A DNA stretch of 33,717 nucleotides, from positions 1-33,717 of IMG/VR virus record IMGVR_UViG_3300012953_000101. One strand, 5' to 3'. Under the pieces are notes generated by a model. It had not been told where the DNA came from. It saw only the letters and a program-made list of their open reading frames with translations, and made no database searches. This DNA is from a virus. Lineage: Duplodnaviria; Caudoviricetes. The position numbers and the translations under genes were made by a program. Shown here one piece after another: positions 1-9,765 of the stretch. Each line of letters begins with the position of its first letter. Position 1 is the first letter of the stretch.

Positions 1-2
1 AG

Positions 3-3000
3 TCTTTTAAAGATTTTTTTAAAAAAGCTAAAAAGCTAAAGCCAGATATAATTTATGTCGGCGGAGATATAGTTCATTCTAAAACTCAAGGCATATCACC
101 AGAGTTAATAGATGTTTTAAGCTGGTGGTTTAGAGGATTAAATGATATTGCTCCAACTCACATTATTTTGGGTAATCACGACGGGTTGATTTCTAATAAG
201 CATAGACAAGATGCAATTACACCAATAATCAATGCTTTAGGCTTAGATCAGACTTATTTATACAAAGATTCTGGAATATATCCAACTGGAGTCCCCGGGT
301 TTAACTGGGGAGTTTTTTCGTGCTTTGATGAAGAAGGGTGGGATAAAGTAAAGCCAAAGAATAAAGACGATATTCATATTGCGCTTTATCATGGTGGTGT
401 TTTAGGTTCCGTTACAGACATTGACTGGGATATTGATGGAGAAATTGAAACTAGTTTCTTTGATGGTTTTGATTTTGCTTTTCTTGGTGATATTCATAAA
501 ATGCAGTATTTGGACAAAGATAAAAGAATTGCTTATCCTGGTTCATCAATACAGCAAAATTATGGTGAAGACCCAGGTAAGGGGTTTTTGTATTGGGAAA
601 TAGAAAGCAAAGATAGCTTTACTAGTAAATTTTATCCTATTAAGCATAATAACCCTTTTGTCACGCTAGATTGGAAAGGGAACGTGACTGAAACAATTCA
701 AGAAGCTTTAAAAAATCCTGTAGGATCAAGGTTTAGAATAAAATCAGAATTTGCTATTCCGCAAGCAGAGATTAAACACCTACATGCTGAGCTAAAAGAA
801 AAGCTTCAAGCAAAAGAAATTGTTTTTAAGTATGAAGAAGCTAAAAATGCCCAAGTAGAAACCTATTCTAAGGGAGAAGAGCTACTAAATATGCGAGATC
901 CAGTAGTTCTTTCTAAGCTTATTAGAGAGTTTTATCTTGAAAAAGAAATATCAGATCTTGAGTGGGAAAAAATTGATTTCTTATTAAAGAAACATCTCGG
1001 ACTGGTTTCAAAATCAGATCCACCTAGAAATATTAAATGGTCTTTAAAGAATATGAAGTTTACTAACACTTTTGCGTATGGAAAAGATAATGAGATAGAC
1101 TTTACTAAGTTAAGTGGGGTAGTTGGACTCTTTGGTAAAAATAGGGCTGGCAAAAGTAGTATTCCTGGAACTTTAATGTATTCTCTTTTTAATACTACTG
1201 ACAGAGGATCGATGAAAAATCTTCATGTAATTAATACTAGAAAGGGTCACTGTGAAACTGAGCTTGATTTTGAAGTAAATGGAGTGAAATACAGAGTTCA
1301 AAGGCAATCTGCCAAAAAGCAAAATAGAAAAGGTGTAGTAAGTGCTGCTACTCATGCAAATTTTTGGATGCTAGATAAAAATCAAGAGCCTGTAAAAGAT
1401 ATGTCTGGAGAGCAAAGAAGAGACACAGATATACTCTTAAGAGAGATGATAGGAACAAAAGAGAACTTTTTGCTAACTTCTTTCGCATCGCAGGGAGAAA
1501 TGAATACGTTTATTAAAAATAAAGCAACTCAAAGAAAAGCAATATTAGCAGAGTTTTTAGATTTAGACATATTTGAAAACCTTATTTCTTCTATTAAAGA
1601 TGATGCTAGTGGAACAAAATATCTTTTAGAAAAATCTCCATCTAGAGAGTGGAAAACTCTCATATTAGAAAAAGGCTTAAAATTAAGAGCACTTCAGTCT
1701 GATAGAGAGAAAATAGAAAAGGAATATTCAACCCAGCAACAGAGGCTACAATCTACTAAAATTAATTTACTAAAAGAAGATAAATCTGATATAATAACTA
1801 AAGCGGACTTAGAAAATCAAAAAGTCCAGATTAAAATACTGGAAAAGAGATTAGAAAAAATAAATCATCTTGAAAAATCTTTATTAGATTCTTTTGAATT
1901 ATTACAAAACAAAATAGAGAAAATAAAAGAAATAAAAGTTCAGTTTCCTATTAAAGATTTAAAAATTAGACTTTCTGAAATGATTGAATTGGAAAAAAGT
2001 TTAAGAGACTTAGAACACTCTAGAGAACTAGAAGTTCAACTTTTAGAAAGTAAAAAGAAATTAGCTAAAAAACTAGAACCGTGCGATTGTTTTGAGCACC
2101 TGCCAAACTGTAATTATGTTGTAGAGTCTGATGAACATAAAAGAAAAATAGAAGATCAAAATAATAAAATATCAGAAGTCCAAAATAAAGTAGAGGCAGC
2201 TCAAAAGTCTTTACTTGCTATCCAAAAAGAAAATCTTCAAGAAAAAATCAATAAGTATCAAAAACTTTTAGAGAGAGAAAGTAATTCTAAGATTGAGATA
2301 TCAAATATTAGAGTTAAGCAAGGAGAAAATGAAAGGGAGAAAATAAATTTAACTGATAGTTTAATTCACATGAAAGACGAATTAAAAAACATGAAGCATC
2401 GAGTTGTAGACAATGAAGAAATTGGAACTCTCAACGAAATCAAACAAGAAATAATAAACTTAGAGTTTCAAACTAAGTCTCTAGATGCAAAAAGGCTAAG
2501 CTTAAGTGAGACTATTGGTTTAGTAAATTCTGAATTAAAAAGGCTTGAAGTTGAAGAAGAAGAGTATGGCAAGCTGCTACAAGAATGGAGAGTTTACGAG
2601 TTGATATTAAAAGCTTTCGACAAAAAAGGAATACCGCTCCAGATATTAAGCTCACAACTTCCAAAAATTAATGCTGAAATATCAAAAATTCTTCAAGGTG
2701 TTGCTGGTTTTACAGTTGAGCTCGAAGCTGAGCCAGGCTCGAATGCGATGGACATATATATCAACTATGGAGATTCTAAAAGGATTATAGAGTGTGGTTC
2801 TGGGATGGAGAAGATGATGTCTTCATTAGCTATTAGAGTCGCTCTTATTAATATTTCTTCTCTTCCAAAAAGTGATATATTAATAATTGATGAAGGTTTT
2901 GGCACATTAGATGAAACTAACATAGAGGCTTGTAATAGTCTTTTAGCTTCTTTAAAAAGATGGTTTAAGTGTATTTTAGTCATATCCCATATAGACGCTG

Positions 3001-3071
3001 TTAAAGATGCAGTTGACAATTATATTGAAATTGGAAGCAATGGTAAAGATTCAAGGGTGGTATATAACTAA
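3..3071 (+). CDS. Fused Mre11/SbcD-like phosphoesterase and Rad50/SbcC-like ABC ATPase (T4 gp47+gp46 type), 5' truncated
   Basis: Frame +3 is open from position 3 (SFKDFFKKAKKLKPDIIYVGGDIVH...), so the TTG at 168 is not the real start. Phosphoesterase motifs: GGDIVH, LGNHD, LYHG, LGDIHK, YPGS. ATPase motifs: Walker A GKNRAGKSS, Q-loop ASQG, long coiled coil, signature GSGMEK, Walker B IIDEGFGTLD, H-loop ISH. Confidence 0.93.
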   Translation, partial: SFKDFFKKAKKLKPDIIYVGGDIVHSKTQGISPELIDVLSWWFRGLNDIAPTHIILGNHDGLISNKHRQDAITPIINALGLDQTYLYKDSGIYPTGVPGFNWGVFSCFDEEGWDKVKPKNKDDIHIALYHGGVLGSVTDIDWDIDGEIETSFFDGFDFAFLGDIHKMQYLDKDKRIAYPGSSIQQNYGEDPGKGFLYWEIESKDSFTSKFYPIKHNNPFVTLDWKGNVTETIQEALKNPVGSRFRIKSEFAIPQAEIKHLHAELKEKLQAKEIVFKYEEAKNAQVETYSKGEELLNMRDPVVLSKLIREFYLEKEISDLEWEKIDFLLKKHLGLVSKSDPPRNIKWSLKNMKFTNTFAYGKDNEIDFTKLSGVVGLFGKNRAGKSSIPGTLMYSLFNTTDRGSMKNLHVINTRKGHCETELDFEVNGVKYRVQRQSAKKQNRKGVVSAATHANFWMLDKNQEPVKDMSGEQRRDTDILLREMIGTKENFLLTSFASQGEMNTFIKNKATQRKAILAEFLDLDIFENLISSIKDDASGTKYLLEKSPSREWKTLILEKGLKLRALQSDREKIEKEYSTQQQRLQSTKINLLKEDKSDIITKADLENQKVQIKILEKRLEKINHLEKSLLDSFELLQNKIEKIKEIKVQFPIKDLKIRLSEMIELEKSLRDLEHSRELEVQLLESKKKLAKKLEPCDCFEHLPNCNYVVESDEHKRKIEDQNNKISEVQNKVEAAQKSLLAIQKENLQEKINKYQKLLERESNSKIEISNIRVKQGENEREKINLTDSLIHMKDELKNMKHRVVDNEEIGTLNEIKQEIINLEFQTKSLDAKRLSLSETIGLVNSELKRLEVEEEEYGKLLQEWRVYELILKAFDKKGIPLQILSSQLPKINAEISKILQGVAGFTVELEAEPGSNAMDIYINYGDSKRIIECGSGMEKMMSSLAIRVALINISSLPKSDILIIDEGFGTLDETNIEACNSLLASLKRWFKCILVISHIDAVKDAVDNYIEIGSNGKDSRVVYN

Positions 3072-3301
3072 TGATAGAAAATAAAAATTTTGTTCCATTT
3101 GAATGCCCATTATGTTTAACTTTAATGATAGACGGAAAAGACACAGCTACTTTTTTATCATTTGAATGTTGTTCAGAGTGTTTAAATGAATATTTAATAC
3201 CAAATAGCTATAAAAATGCAAAGGATGCAAAAATAACTCCTGAAATTAAAAAAGAGTTAAGAAAAAAAAGGCAAGCATTGCCTAGTTATATTTTAAGGTG
3301 A
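3071..3301 (+). CDS. Small Cys-rich, probably Zn-binding protein
   Basis: 76 aa with CPLC...CCSEC and a basic C-terminus. Its start overlaps the upstream stop (TAATG). Confidence 0.7.
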   Translation: MIENKNFVPFECPLCLTLMIDGKDTATFLSFECCSECLNEYLIPNSYKNAKDAKITPEIKKELRKKRQALPSYILR

Positions 3302-3312
3302 GGAATTTAAGA

Positions 3313-3681
3313 ATGCTAACAAATGACCAAATAAATGTTCTTGGAAATATATTTGAAACAAGCTGGGGAAAATCCAGCCATGACCATAGCTGTACTGCTA
3401 AATTAGAAGGAAATATATTAAGGATTCAATATAGTACTATAGTATATCTTGCTTCAGAAAAATCAGTTCAGTCACAAATCCCGGCTGTTTCCCATGAAGC
3501 TTCTGAGAGAATTAAAAATAGAATCGATTCAGCAAAAAAAGAATATAAAGAAGCCCTTGATGAAACTCTATCTTTAAAAGAAGTAGATAATCAAGAAGAC
3601 GTTCAATATATTCAAGCTTCATACAATAGCCCTAGAAGAGTTGTCATGTTTAGAAAGCATGTTGATTTAGAGATTGGCTGA
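3313..3681 (+). CDS. Hypothetical phage protein
   Basis: The ORF fills the gap between its neighbours. ATG 3313 follows GAGG/AGGA at about 3300-3304 and is preferred over GTG 3298. No motif recognised. Confidence 0.7.
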   Translation: MLTNDQINVLGNIFETSWGKSSHDHSCTAKLEGNILRIQYSTIVYLASEKSVQSQIPAVSHEASERIKNRIDSAKKEYKEALDETLSLKEVDNQEDVQYIQASYNSPRRVVMFRKHVDLEIG

Positions 3682-4257
3682 ATGAGTCAACATGGACCAA
3701 TCCTCGGCCTAATTGACTTAATTGGAAAAAATGACTTAGTTGTAGAATTAGGTGTCTATAGAGGCGATAGCTTAGATACTATCCTTTCAAACCCTAAATT
3801 TTTAGGGGAATATATTGGAATAGATCTTTGGCAGTTTGATAGAGAAATATACGCTAACGACTCTCGAGCCATGCGGGCTCTAATTGAAGCTGGATCTGAA
3901 AATGCTGAGCCAATATGCAGGATAAAAGAAGAAAAATATAAGAATTGCACTTTAATAAAAGAAAACACTCACACTGCTTCTAGACATTTTCCTGATAACT
4001 CTATTGATTTTTTATTTATTGACGCTAGCCATGATTTCGAATCTGTCATAAATGATATTGAAAGTTGGTATGATAAAATTAAGTTTGATGGCTACATGGC
4101 GGGCGATGATTATTATTCGTCTGGAGTAAAGGCGGCTGTAGATATATGCTTAAGAAAAAAAAGAAAAATAAAAGTACATACTCGAAGCACCCTCCCCGGT
4201 TTTCGCGCAAGCTCAAAAGGACATAGGTTTTGGTTTTTCAAAAAGCGCAGACCATAA
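3682..4257 (+). CDS. Class I SAM-dependent methyltransferase (Methyltransf_24-like)
   Basis: Motif I VELGVYRGDS, then IGIDLW, FIDASHDFESVINDI and GGxM-like/GDDY followed by GVKAAVD, as is typical of this family. Confidence 0.85.
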   Translation: MSQHGPILGLIDLIGKNDLVVELGVYRGDSLDTILSNPKFLGEYIGIDLWQFDREIYANDSRAMRALIEAGSENAEPICRIKEEKYKNCTLIKENTHTASRHFPDNSIDFLFIDASHDFESVINDIESWYDKIKFDGYMAGDDYYSSGVKAAVDICLRKKRKIKVHTRSTLPGFRASSKGHRFWFFKKRRP

Positions 4258-4289
4258 ATAGATCATAGATAAAATTAAAAAATTATATA

Positions 4290-5897
4290 ATGTCAAAAGT
4301 TAATAAGCAAAATCAAATTAAAGAAATAGTAAAGTGTGGAAAAAAACCAACATACTTCTTTAACAAATATGTCAAGATACAGCATCCAACTCGAGGAACA
4401 ATAAATTTTGACACTTTTGATTTTCAAGATGATTGTGTAAAAAGCTTTAGAGAGCATAGGTTTAATGTAGTTTTAAAATCTAGGCAGCTTGGTCTTTCTA
4501 CGCTTTCCGCAGCTTATGCAGTTTGGTTAGCTATATTTTATAAAGACAAAAACATATTAGTAATTGCGACAAAGTTAGCGGTCGCACAAAATTTTATTAA
4601 AAAAGTAAAAACTGCAATTCAGCACTTACCACCCTGGCTAGTTTTACCTGAAGTGACAGGAAATAATAAACAAAGTGTTGAATTTAGCAATGGGTCTTCA
4701 ATCAAAGCTATTCCAACTTCTGATGACGCTGGAAGATCTGAAGCGCTAACTTTATTAATTGTTGACGAAGCAGCTTTTGTTAGAAACTTTGATGAGATAT
4801 GGATGAGTTTATATCCAACTCTTTCTACCGGTGGAAGAGCTATTGTTTTAAGTACCCCAAATGGCGTTGGTGGACAATATTATGACATATATACAAAAGC
4901 TGAGTCAGACGAAAATGAGTTTAATGCAATAAAGCTCCCTTGGCATGTCCACCCCGAAAGAGACGACGACTGGTTTGACAAAGAAAGTAGAAATATGAGT
5001 AAAAAACAAGTTGCTCAAGAGCTTATGTGCGATTTTGCAGCTTCTGGAGATACTTTTTTATCAAATGAAGATATAGCTTATTTAAACCACTGCGTCAAAT
5101 CTCCGATGGAAAAATGGGGGCCATCTAATAATGTTTGGGTATGGAAATATGCACTTTCAGATAGCAATTATATAATTTCAGCAGATGTTTCAAGAGGCGA
5201 TGGTAAAGATTATTCTACTTTTCATGTAATAGATGCTGGCGAATCAGAAGTGGTTTGCGAATTTAAGGGTAAGATACCACCAGACCAATTTGCGGTTCTT
5301 TTAGCAGAGGCTGGAAAGCGATATAATAATGCGTTATTATGCCCTGAAAATAACACTTATGGATATGCAGTTTTAGTAAAATTACAAGAGATAGTGTATC
5401 CAAATATTTATTTTGCTAGAGAAAAAGATAAATTTGATGTACTTTATGGAAATGGAAGTATAGCTAAAGCAGGATTCTCGACGCAAAAACATTCAAGGAG
5501 CCAGATCTTAACTAAGCTTGAACAGGTTATTAGAAATAAAGAAATAAGAGTATATTCATCTAGATTTTATGAAGAGGTAAAGACATTCGTGTGGAAAAAT
5601 AATAAAGCTCAAGCCATGAGAGATAAAAATGATGATTTAATATTGTCTTTGGCTATTGGCTTGTGGCTTTATGAAACTACTCCAAATAGAAATAAAAGCT
5701 CTTTTGATATAAATCAAGCCATGATTAAAGCTATGGGAGTAACTAGTAATGCTCCTCCAAAAGAATTAGATCCTCATATAAAAACATGGGCAGGTGTTAA
5801 TCCATTTAAACCAGTTTTACTAGATAATGTACCATCTAGCGACAAAGATGAACCAGAGCATCCAGTTTTTGGAGATATGAGCTGGTTAATAAAGTAA
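4290..5897 (+). CDS. terL: Terminase large subunit (T4 gp17-like)
   Basis: Adenine-binding FQ, Walker A KSRQLGLST, Walker B LIVDEAAF, motif III STPNG, and nuclease acidic motifs ISADVSRGDGKDYS and NDDLILSLA. Confidence 0.96.
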   Translation: MSKVNKQNQIKEIVKCGKKPTYFFNKYVKIQHPTRGTINFDTFDFQDDCVKSFREHRFNVVLKSRQLGLSTLSAAYAVWLAIFYKDKNILVIATKLAVAQNFIKKVKTAIQHLPPWLVLPEVTGNNKQSVEFSNGSSIKAIPTSDDAGRSEALTLLIVDEAAFVRNFDEIWMSLYPTLSTGGRAIVLSTPNGVGGQYYDIYTKAESDENEFNAIKLPWHVHPERDDDWFDKESRNMSKKQVAQELMCDFAASGDTFLSNEDIAYLNHCVKSPMEKWGPSNNVWVWKYALSDSNYIISADVSRGDGKDYSTFHVIDAGESEVVCEFKGKIPPDQFAVLLAEAGKRYNNALLCPENNTYGYAVLVKLQEIVYPNIYFAREKDKFDVLYGNGSIAKAGFSTQKHSRSQILTKLEQVIRNKEIRVYSSRFYEEVKTFVWKNNKAQAMRDKNDDLILSLAIGLWLYETTPNRNKSSFDINQAMIKAMGVTSNAPPKELDPHIKTWAGVNPFKPVLLDNVPSSDKDEPEHPVFGDMSWLIK

Positions 5898-5902
5898 TAG
5901 TA

Positions 5903-5916
5903 ATAGTTAATATTTA
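5903..5916 (+). promoter_or_regulatory. Tandem ATAnTTA motif (putative late promoter) upstream of the portal
   Basis: ATAGTTA at 5903 and ATATTTA at 5910. The same motif recurs at a similar distance before about 10 other genes. Confidence 0.55.
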
Positions 5917-5936
5917 GCAGTTTAGGGTAATATAAA

Positions 5937-7952
5937 ATGTCAGATCAAGAACCAAGCTTATTTAAAAAATTAACCCAACTTTTTAGATCAGGCCCACAAA
6001 TAAGAAGAAGAGTTCGAAACTTCGAACAAGCTTCTTCTGGTATGAGCTCACTAGAGCAGTTTAAGGCGTCTCATAGAGATGCATATTCTAACGCTATGAG
6101 CGCTTATGGTGCTTTTGATAGAATGGCAAGGTATTCTGACTTTAGCGAGATGGAAGCCACTCCAGAGATAGCGTCAGCACTAGATATCTATTCAGAAGAA
6201 ACAGTCTCTCCTGACGATAAAGGGAGCGTACTTCATATCTATTCAGAGAATAGAAAAGTTAGAGAATTACTTAACACTCTTTTTTATGATACACTGAATG
6301 TGGATTTTAATCTTACTCTTTGGGTTCGAAATCTTTGCAAGTATGGAGATTTTTTCTTATTTAATGATGTAAATCCAGAATTTGGTGTAGTTGGAGCTTA
6401 TCCTATTCCGATTAGTGAAATTGAAAGAGAAGAAGGTTTTGATCCGGAAGATCCAACTGCTGTCAGATTTAGATGGATGACTCAAGGAAATCAAGTTTTA
6501 GAAAATTGGCAAGTTTCTCATTTTCGGCTTTTAGCAAACGATGCTTTTCTTCCATACGGCTCAAGTGTTTTAGACCCAGCAAGAAGAATCTGGCGGCAAC
6601 TTATTTTAATTGAAGATGCTATGCTAGTATATAGAGTTATTCGAGCTCCAGAGCGTAGAGTATTTTATATTGATGTAGGTAATGTTCCGCCTGAGAATGT
6701 TGCAGAATATTTAGAGCAGGCTAAATCTTCTTTGAAGACAAACCCAGTAATAAATAAATCGGATGGTAGAGTTGACCTTAGATACAATCCACTTTCAGTT
6801 GATGAGGATTATTTCATTCCGGTAAGAGGAGGGGACTCTGGGACAAAAATCGATTCTTTATCTGGTGGTACAAATGCTGCCGCTATTGAAGATGTTGAGT
6901 ATATACAATCTAAACTTTTCGCAGCTCTTAAAGTTCCAAAAGCTTATCTTGGCTATGATGAAGATATAGGCTCAAAAGCAACGCTGGCGCAAGAAGATAT
7001 TAGGTTTTCTAGAACAATTGCTAGAATTCAAAAAACTATTATAGCTGAATTAAATAAAATAGCTATGATTCACCTATATTCTCATGGGTTTACTGGAGAA
7101 GATTTAATTGATTTTAGTTTAAAACTATCGAACCCTTCTTCTATAGCCCAACAACAAAAATTAGAGCTTATAAGTACTAGATTTGACATCGCTGGCAAAA
7201 TACCAGAAGGCATGGTCGATCGAAGGTGGGTTCAAAAAAATGTAATGGGCTTTACTGACGAAGAGATTAAAGAAATAGACGAAGGAAAAGTTTTAGATAA
7301 AATTTCTGATGCTGATTTAGAATCCGCCGGCACTGGTGGTGAGGACGATGGTGGCGATGAAGGAGGTGGTGAAGAAGGATTATTCTCCGGAGATACCACA
7401 GACGGAAAATTAATCGATGGAAATTCTCAAAATAAAAAATCTTTAAGGTATGAGTCTGATTATGAAGAAGATAGTGAAGAAGAAGAAGATGATGATGATG
7501 ATGGAATAATTAGATTTAACTTAGATGATGACTCTGGGATTATAAAAGTTGATAACTTAGTCAAAAATGTTTGGGGTGAGCCAATAAAAAAATCTAGAAA
7601 ATCTTCAGGCGGCCCTTTAAAAGCTGTGATGCCAGATATAAAAAGTATAGTTGGCGTCGGAAGTTCAGCGAGATCTAGAGATACTTCAAATGATCCATAT
7701 GATCGTGAATTTTTAAAAAATCCGTTTGGAGAATCCGTAGTAGCAAGCTTAGAAAAATCTGGAAATATAAAAAAAGGAAATAATCATCCAAAATTAGACC
7801 CAGATTCTATTTCCATGTTAAGTAAGCTTTCTAAGGTGATAAGTAATACAAGTAGCGGTTTGTTAAAAGAAGAGTCTAGTTTAGATATAGAAATCATTGA
7901 CGATAATATCACGACTGATAATGTCTTGAGCGAGGATGATAGTGAAACATAA
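5937..7952 (+). CDS. gp20: Portal protein (T4 gp20-like) with a long acidic C-terminal extension
   Basis: MEATPEIASALDIY, EDAMLVYRVIRAPERRVFYIDVGNVP, EDYFIPVRG and IEDVEY..KLF.AL.VP are gp20-family signatures. Lies directly after terL. Confidence 0.95.
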   Translation: MSDQEPSLFKKLTQLFRSGPQIRRRVRNFEQASSGMSSLEQFKASHRDAYSNAMSAYGAFDRMARYSDFSEMEATPEIASALDIYSEETVSPDDKGSVLHIYSENRKVRELLNTLFYDTLNVDFNLTLWVRNLCKYGDFFLFNDVNPEFGVVGAYPIPISEIEREEGFDPEDPTAVRFRWMTQGNQVLENWQVSHFRLLANDAFLPYGSSVLDPARRIWRQLILIEDAMLVYRVIRAPERRVFYIDVGNVPPENVAEYLEQAKSSLKTNPVINKSDGRVDLRYNPLSVDEDYFIPVRGGDSGTKIDSLSGGTNAAAIEDVEYIQSKLFAALKVPKAYLGYDEDIGSKATLAQEDIRFSRTIARIQKTIIAELNKIAMIHLYSHGFTGEDLIDFSLKLSNPSSIAQQQKLELISTRFDIAGKIPEGMVDRRWVQKNVMGFTDEEIKEIDEGKVLDKISDADLESAGTGGEDDGGDEGGGEEGLFSGDTTDGKLIDGNSQNKKSLRYESDYEEDSEEEEDDDDDGIIRFNLDDDSGIIKVDNLVKNVWGEPIKKSRKSSGGPLKAVMPDIKSIVGVGSSARSRDTSNDPYDREFLKNPFGESVVASLEKSGNIKKGNNHPKLDPDSISMLSKLSKVISNTSSGLLKEESSLDIEIIDDNITTDNVLSEDDSET

Positions 7953-8769
7953 TAAAAAAAGAAATGTAGGAATTATTTACGAACAGTTGTCTCAGGCTTT
8001 TTCTGAGTCACTTATTAATGGAAATAAAAAGAAATCTATTCTTATAAAAAAGATTATAGATGACCATTATAGAAAAGAAAGTGAAATATTTAAAGAGTTT
8101 AAAATTTTTAATGCTCTTATAAAAGTTGAAGTAGAAAGTGATTCTTTAGCTTCTAAAATTTTAGATGAAGCAAAAGATGCAACTAGAAATCTTAGTAGAA
8201 AAAAAATAGATATTGAAAAATCTCTTTTAATAAAAGACATCAACTATACTTTAAATGAATCAAGTTTTTATTCTAGAAAAGTTAAAAACTATAAAAATTT
8301 AGCCACAGTTCAAACTTTAATGAATATGTGGACAAATTCTTCTAAACAAAATTTTCAAAAATTAGCTGAATATGAAAATAAAGCTCACAATATTTTAAGA
8401 GAAGCAAAAATAAGAAAGATTGAAAAAATAGATCCTAATATTGATTCTCTTGTTTTAAAAATTATGCAAGAAAAATTTAATAAAAAATACGCGCCGATTC
8501 TGTCAAGCCTTCAATCAAAAATTATTGAAACATATGTTTTTGGAGATGAACAAAAAACTTCAAAACTCTTATCAGAAATAAAATCTTCATCAATTCATAG
8601 CATTAAAGCTTTTGAAGATTCATGCGAAGATAAAATTCTTTTAGAAAAATCAAATAGAGTTATTGAAAACATTAAAAATTTAGATGAAAATTTAATTAAC
8701 GATGATAATATCACCAAATTTTTATTAGCTTGCAAGCTTAAAGAGCAAATCGAGGGCAAAAATGAATAA
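7936..8769 (+). CDS. Hypothetical head-module protein (basic, helical)
   Basis: 277 aa between the portal and protease, overlapping both. Begins KHNKKRNVGIIYEQL. GTG 7942 after GAGG 7932-7935 is an alternative start. Confidence 0.75.
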   Translation: MIVKHNKKRNVGIIYEQLSQAFSESLINGNKKKSILIKKIIDDHYRKESEIFKEFKIFNALIKVEVESDSLASKILDEAKDATRNLSRKKIDIEKSLLIKDINYTLNESSFYSRKVKNYKNLATVQTLMNMWTNSSKQNFQKLAEYENKAHNILREAKIRKIEKIDPNIDSLVLKIMQEKFNKKYAPILSSLQSKIIETYVFGDEQKTSKLLSEIKSSSIHSIKAFEDSCEDKILLEKSNRVIENIKNLDENLINDDNITKFLLACKLKEQIEGKNE

Positions 8770-9370
8770 AAAGCTATTAACAGACTGGACTCCTTTTGAG
8801 TACACAAAAGAGATGATTCAAGAGTCTAGAGACCAAAATGGCGGTAAGATTTTAATGAAAGGAGTCTTACAAAAAGCTGATACGCTTAACCAAAATGGTC
8901 GGGTTTATCCAGAAGTAATTTTAGATAGGGAAGTTAGAAACTATCAAAAATTTATTAGAGAAAATAGAGCGCTTGGAGAGTGCGACCATCCAGACTCTTC
9001 AGTTGTAGAACTTAAAAATGTTTCTCATATCGTAAGAGAAGCTTATATGGATGGCCAAGTTTGTTATGGCATTGTTGAGTTATTAGATACGCCAGCAGGA
9101 AAAATTCTCCAAAGCCTTGTAGAATCTGGAGTAACGCTTGGTATCTCAAGTCGAGGCGTTGGCTCCACCAAGAGAGACGGAGATCACCAAGTAGTTCAAG
9201 ATGATTTTCAGTTAATCTGCTGGGATTTTGTTAGTGAACCATCAACGCCTGGAGCCTTTATGATGAAAGAAGGCAGGGAAATCAGCGACGAAGAATTAAA
9301 TAAACATTTTAATTTTACTGATAGAGTTGATAGAATATTTAATGACATCTTAGAATGGGATGGTGAATAA
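8762..9370 (+). CDS. gp21: Prohead core protease (T4 gp21-like)
   Basis: NQNGRVYP, ALGECDHP (His), GISSRGVGS (Ser), WDFVSEPSTPGAFM. Confidence 0.95.
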   Translation: MNKKLLTDWTPFEYTKEMIQESRDQNGGKILMKGVLQKADTLNQNGRVYPEVILDREVRNYQKFIRENRALGECDHPDSSVVELKNVSHIVREAYMDGQVCYGIVELLDTPAGKILQSLVESGVTLGISSRGVGSTKRDGDHQVVQDDFQLICWDFVSEPSTPGAFMMKEGREISDEELNKHFNFTDRVDRIFNDILEWDGE

Positions 9371-9765
9371 TGGCAAATTGGACAACTCCGAAAGAAGGTT
9401 ATGTTCCTTCATATCAATTATCAGGCAAACCGTACACAACACAAGTATCTGCTGTGGCTGCCGCCGGCGGGACAAAGGTTACTTTTCCTGCTGTTACCAG
9501 GTGGATTCAAGTCACAAACACAACCGCCACCGCCGTGAAGCTTGGCTTTTCAGCTCATGGTGTTGATGGCACTGAAGATGATTATTTCATTACTATCCCT
9601 GGAAAAAATAAAAATGACCAAAACTCAACCGGAGTTTTAGAACTTCGTTGTAAGAGTATATTTTTGAAATCAGCCAGTGGTACTATAGTAATAGACGTCG
9701 TTGCAGGTTTAACTGACATATTAGATTTAAGCTCGAAACTATCTGGTTCAGAAGGTGTTGGATAA
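9370..9765 (+). CDS. Hypothetical beta-rich protein, possibly a head decoration protein
   Basis: Coupled to both neighbours by TAATG overlaps. Thr/Val/Gly-rich, with alternating beta-strand patterns. The function is inferred from position only. Confidence 0.7.
   Translation: MANWTTPKEGYVPSYQLSGKPYTTQVSAVAAAGGTKVTFPAVTRWIQVTNTTATAVKLGFSAHGVDGTEDDYFITIPGKNKNDQNSTGVLELRCKSIFLKSASGTIVIDVVAGLTDILDLSSKLSGSEGVG

Noticed and set aside
168-170. TTG start given for the first ORF
   Set aside because: The frame is open to the window edge and includes the upstream GGDIVH motif, so the gene starts outside the window.
3679-3684. In-frame TGA-ATG junction suggesting read-through or stop-codon recoding
   Set aside because: TGA, TAG and TAA all end genes at expected family boundaries (tube, sheaths, MCP) and no conserved gene is interrupted. 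The standard code fits.
4253-4260. T4-like late promoter CATAAATA before terL (also TATAAATC at 26421)
   Set aside because: Imperfect, sporadic matches in very AT-rich DNA, not recurring at a consistent position.
4290-7952. Inteins, introns or homing endonucleases in terL or the portal
   Set aside because: Motifs are colinear with normal spacing, and no splice-junction or LAGLIDADG/HNH signatures were seen.
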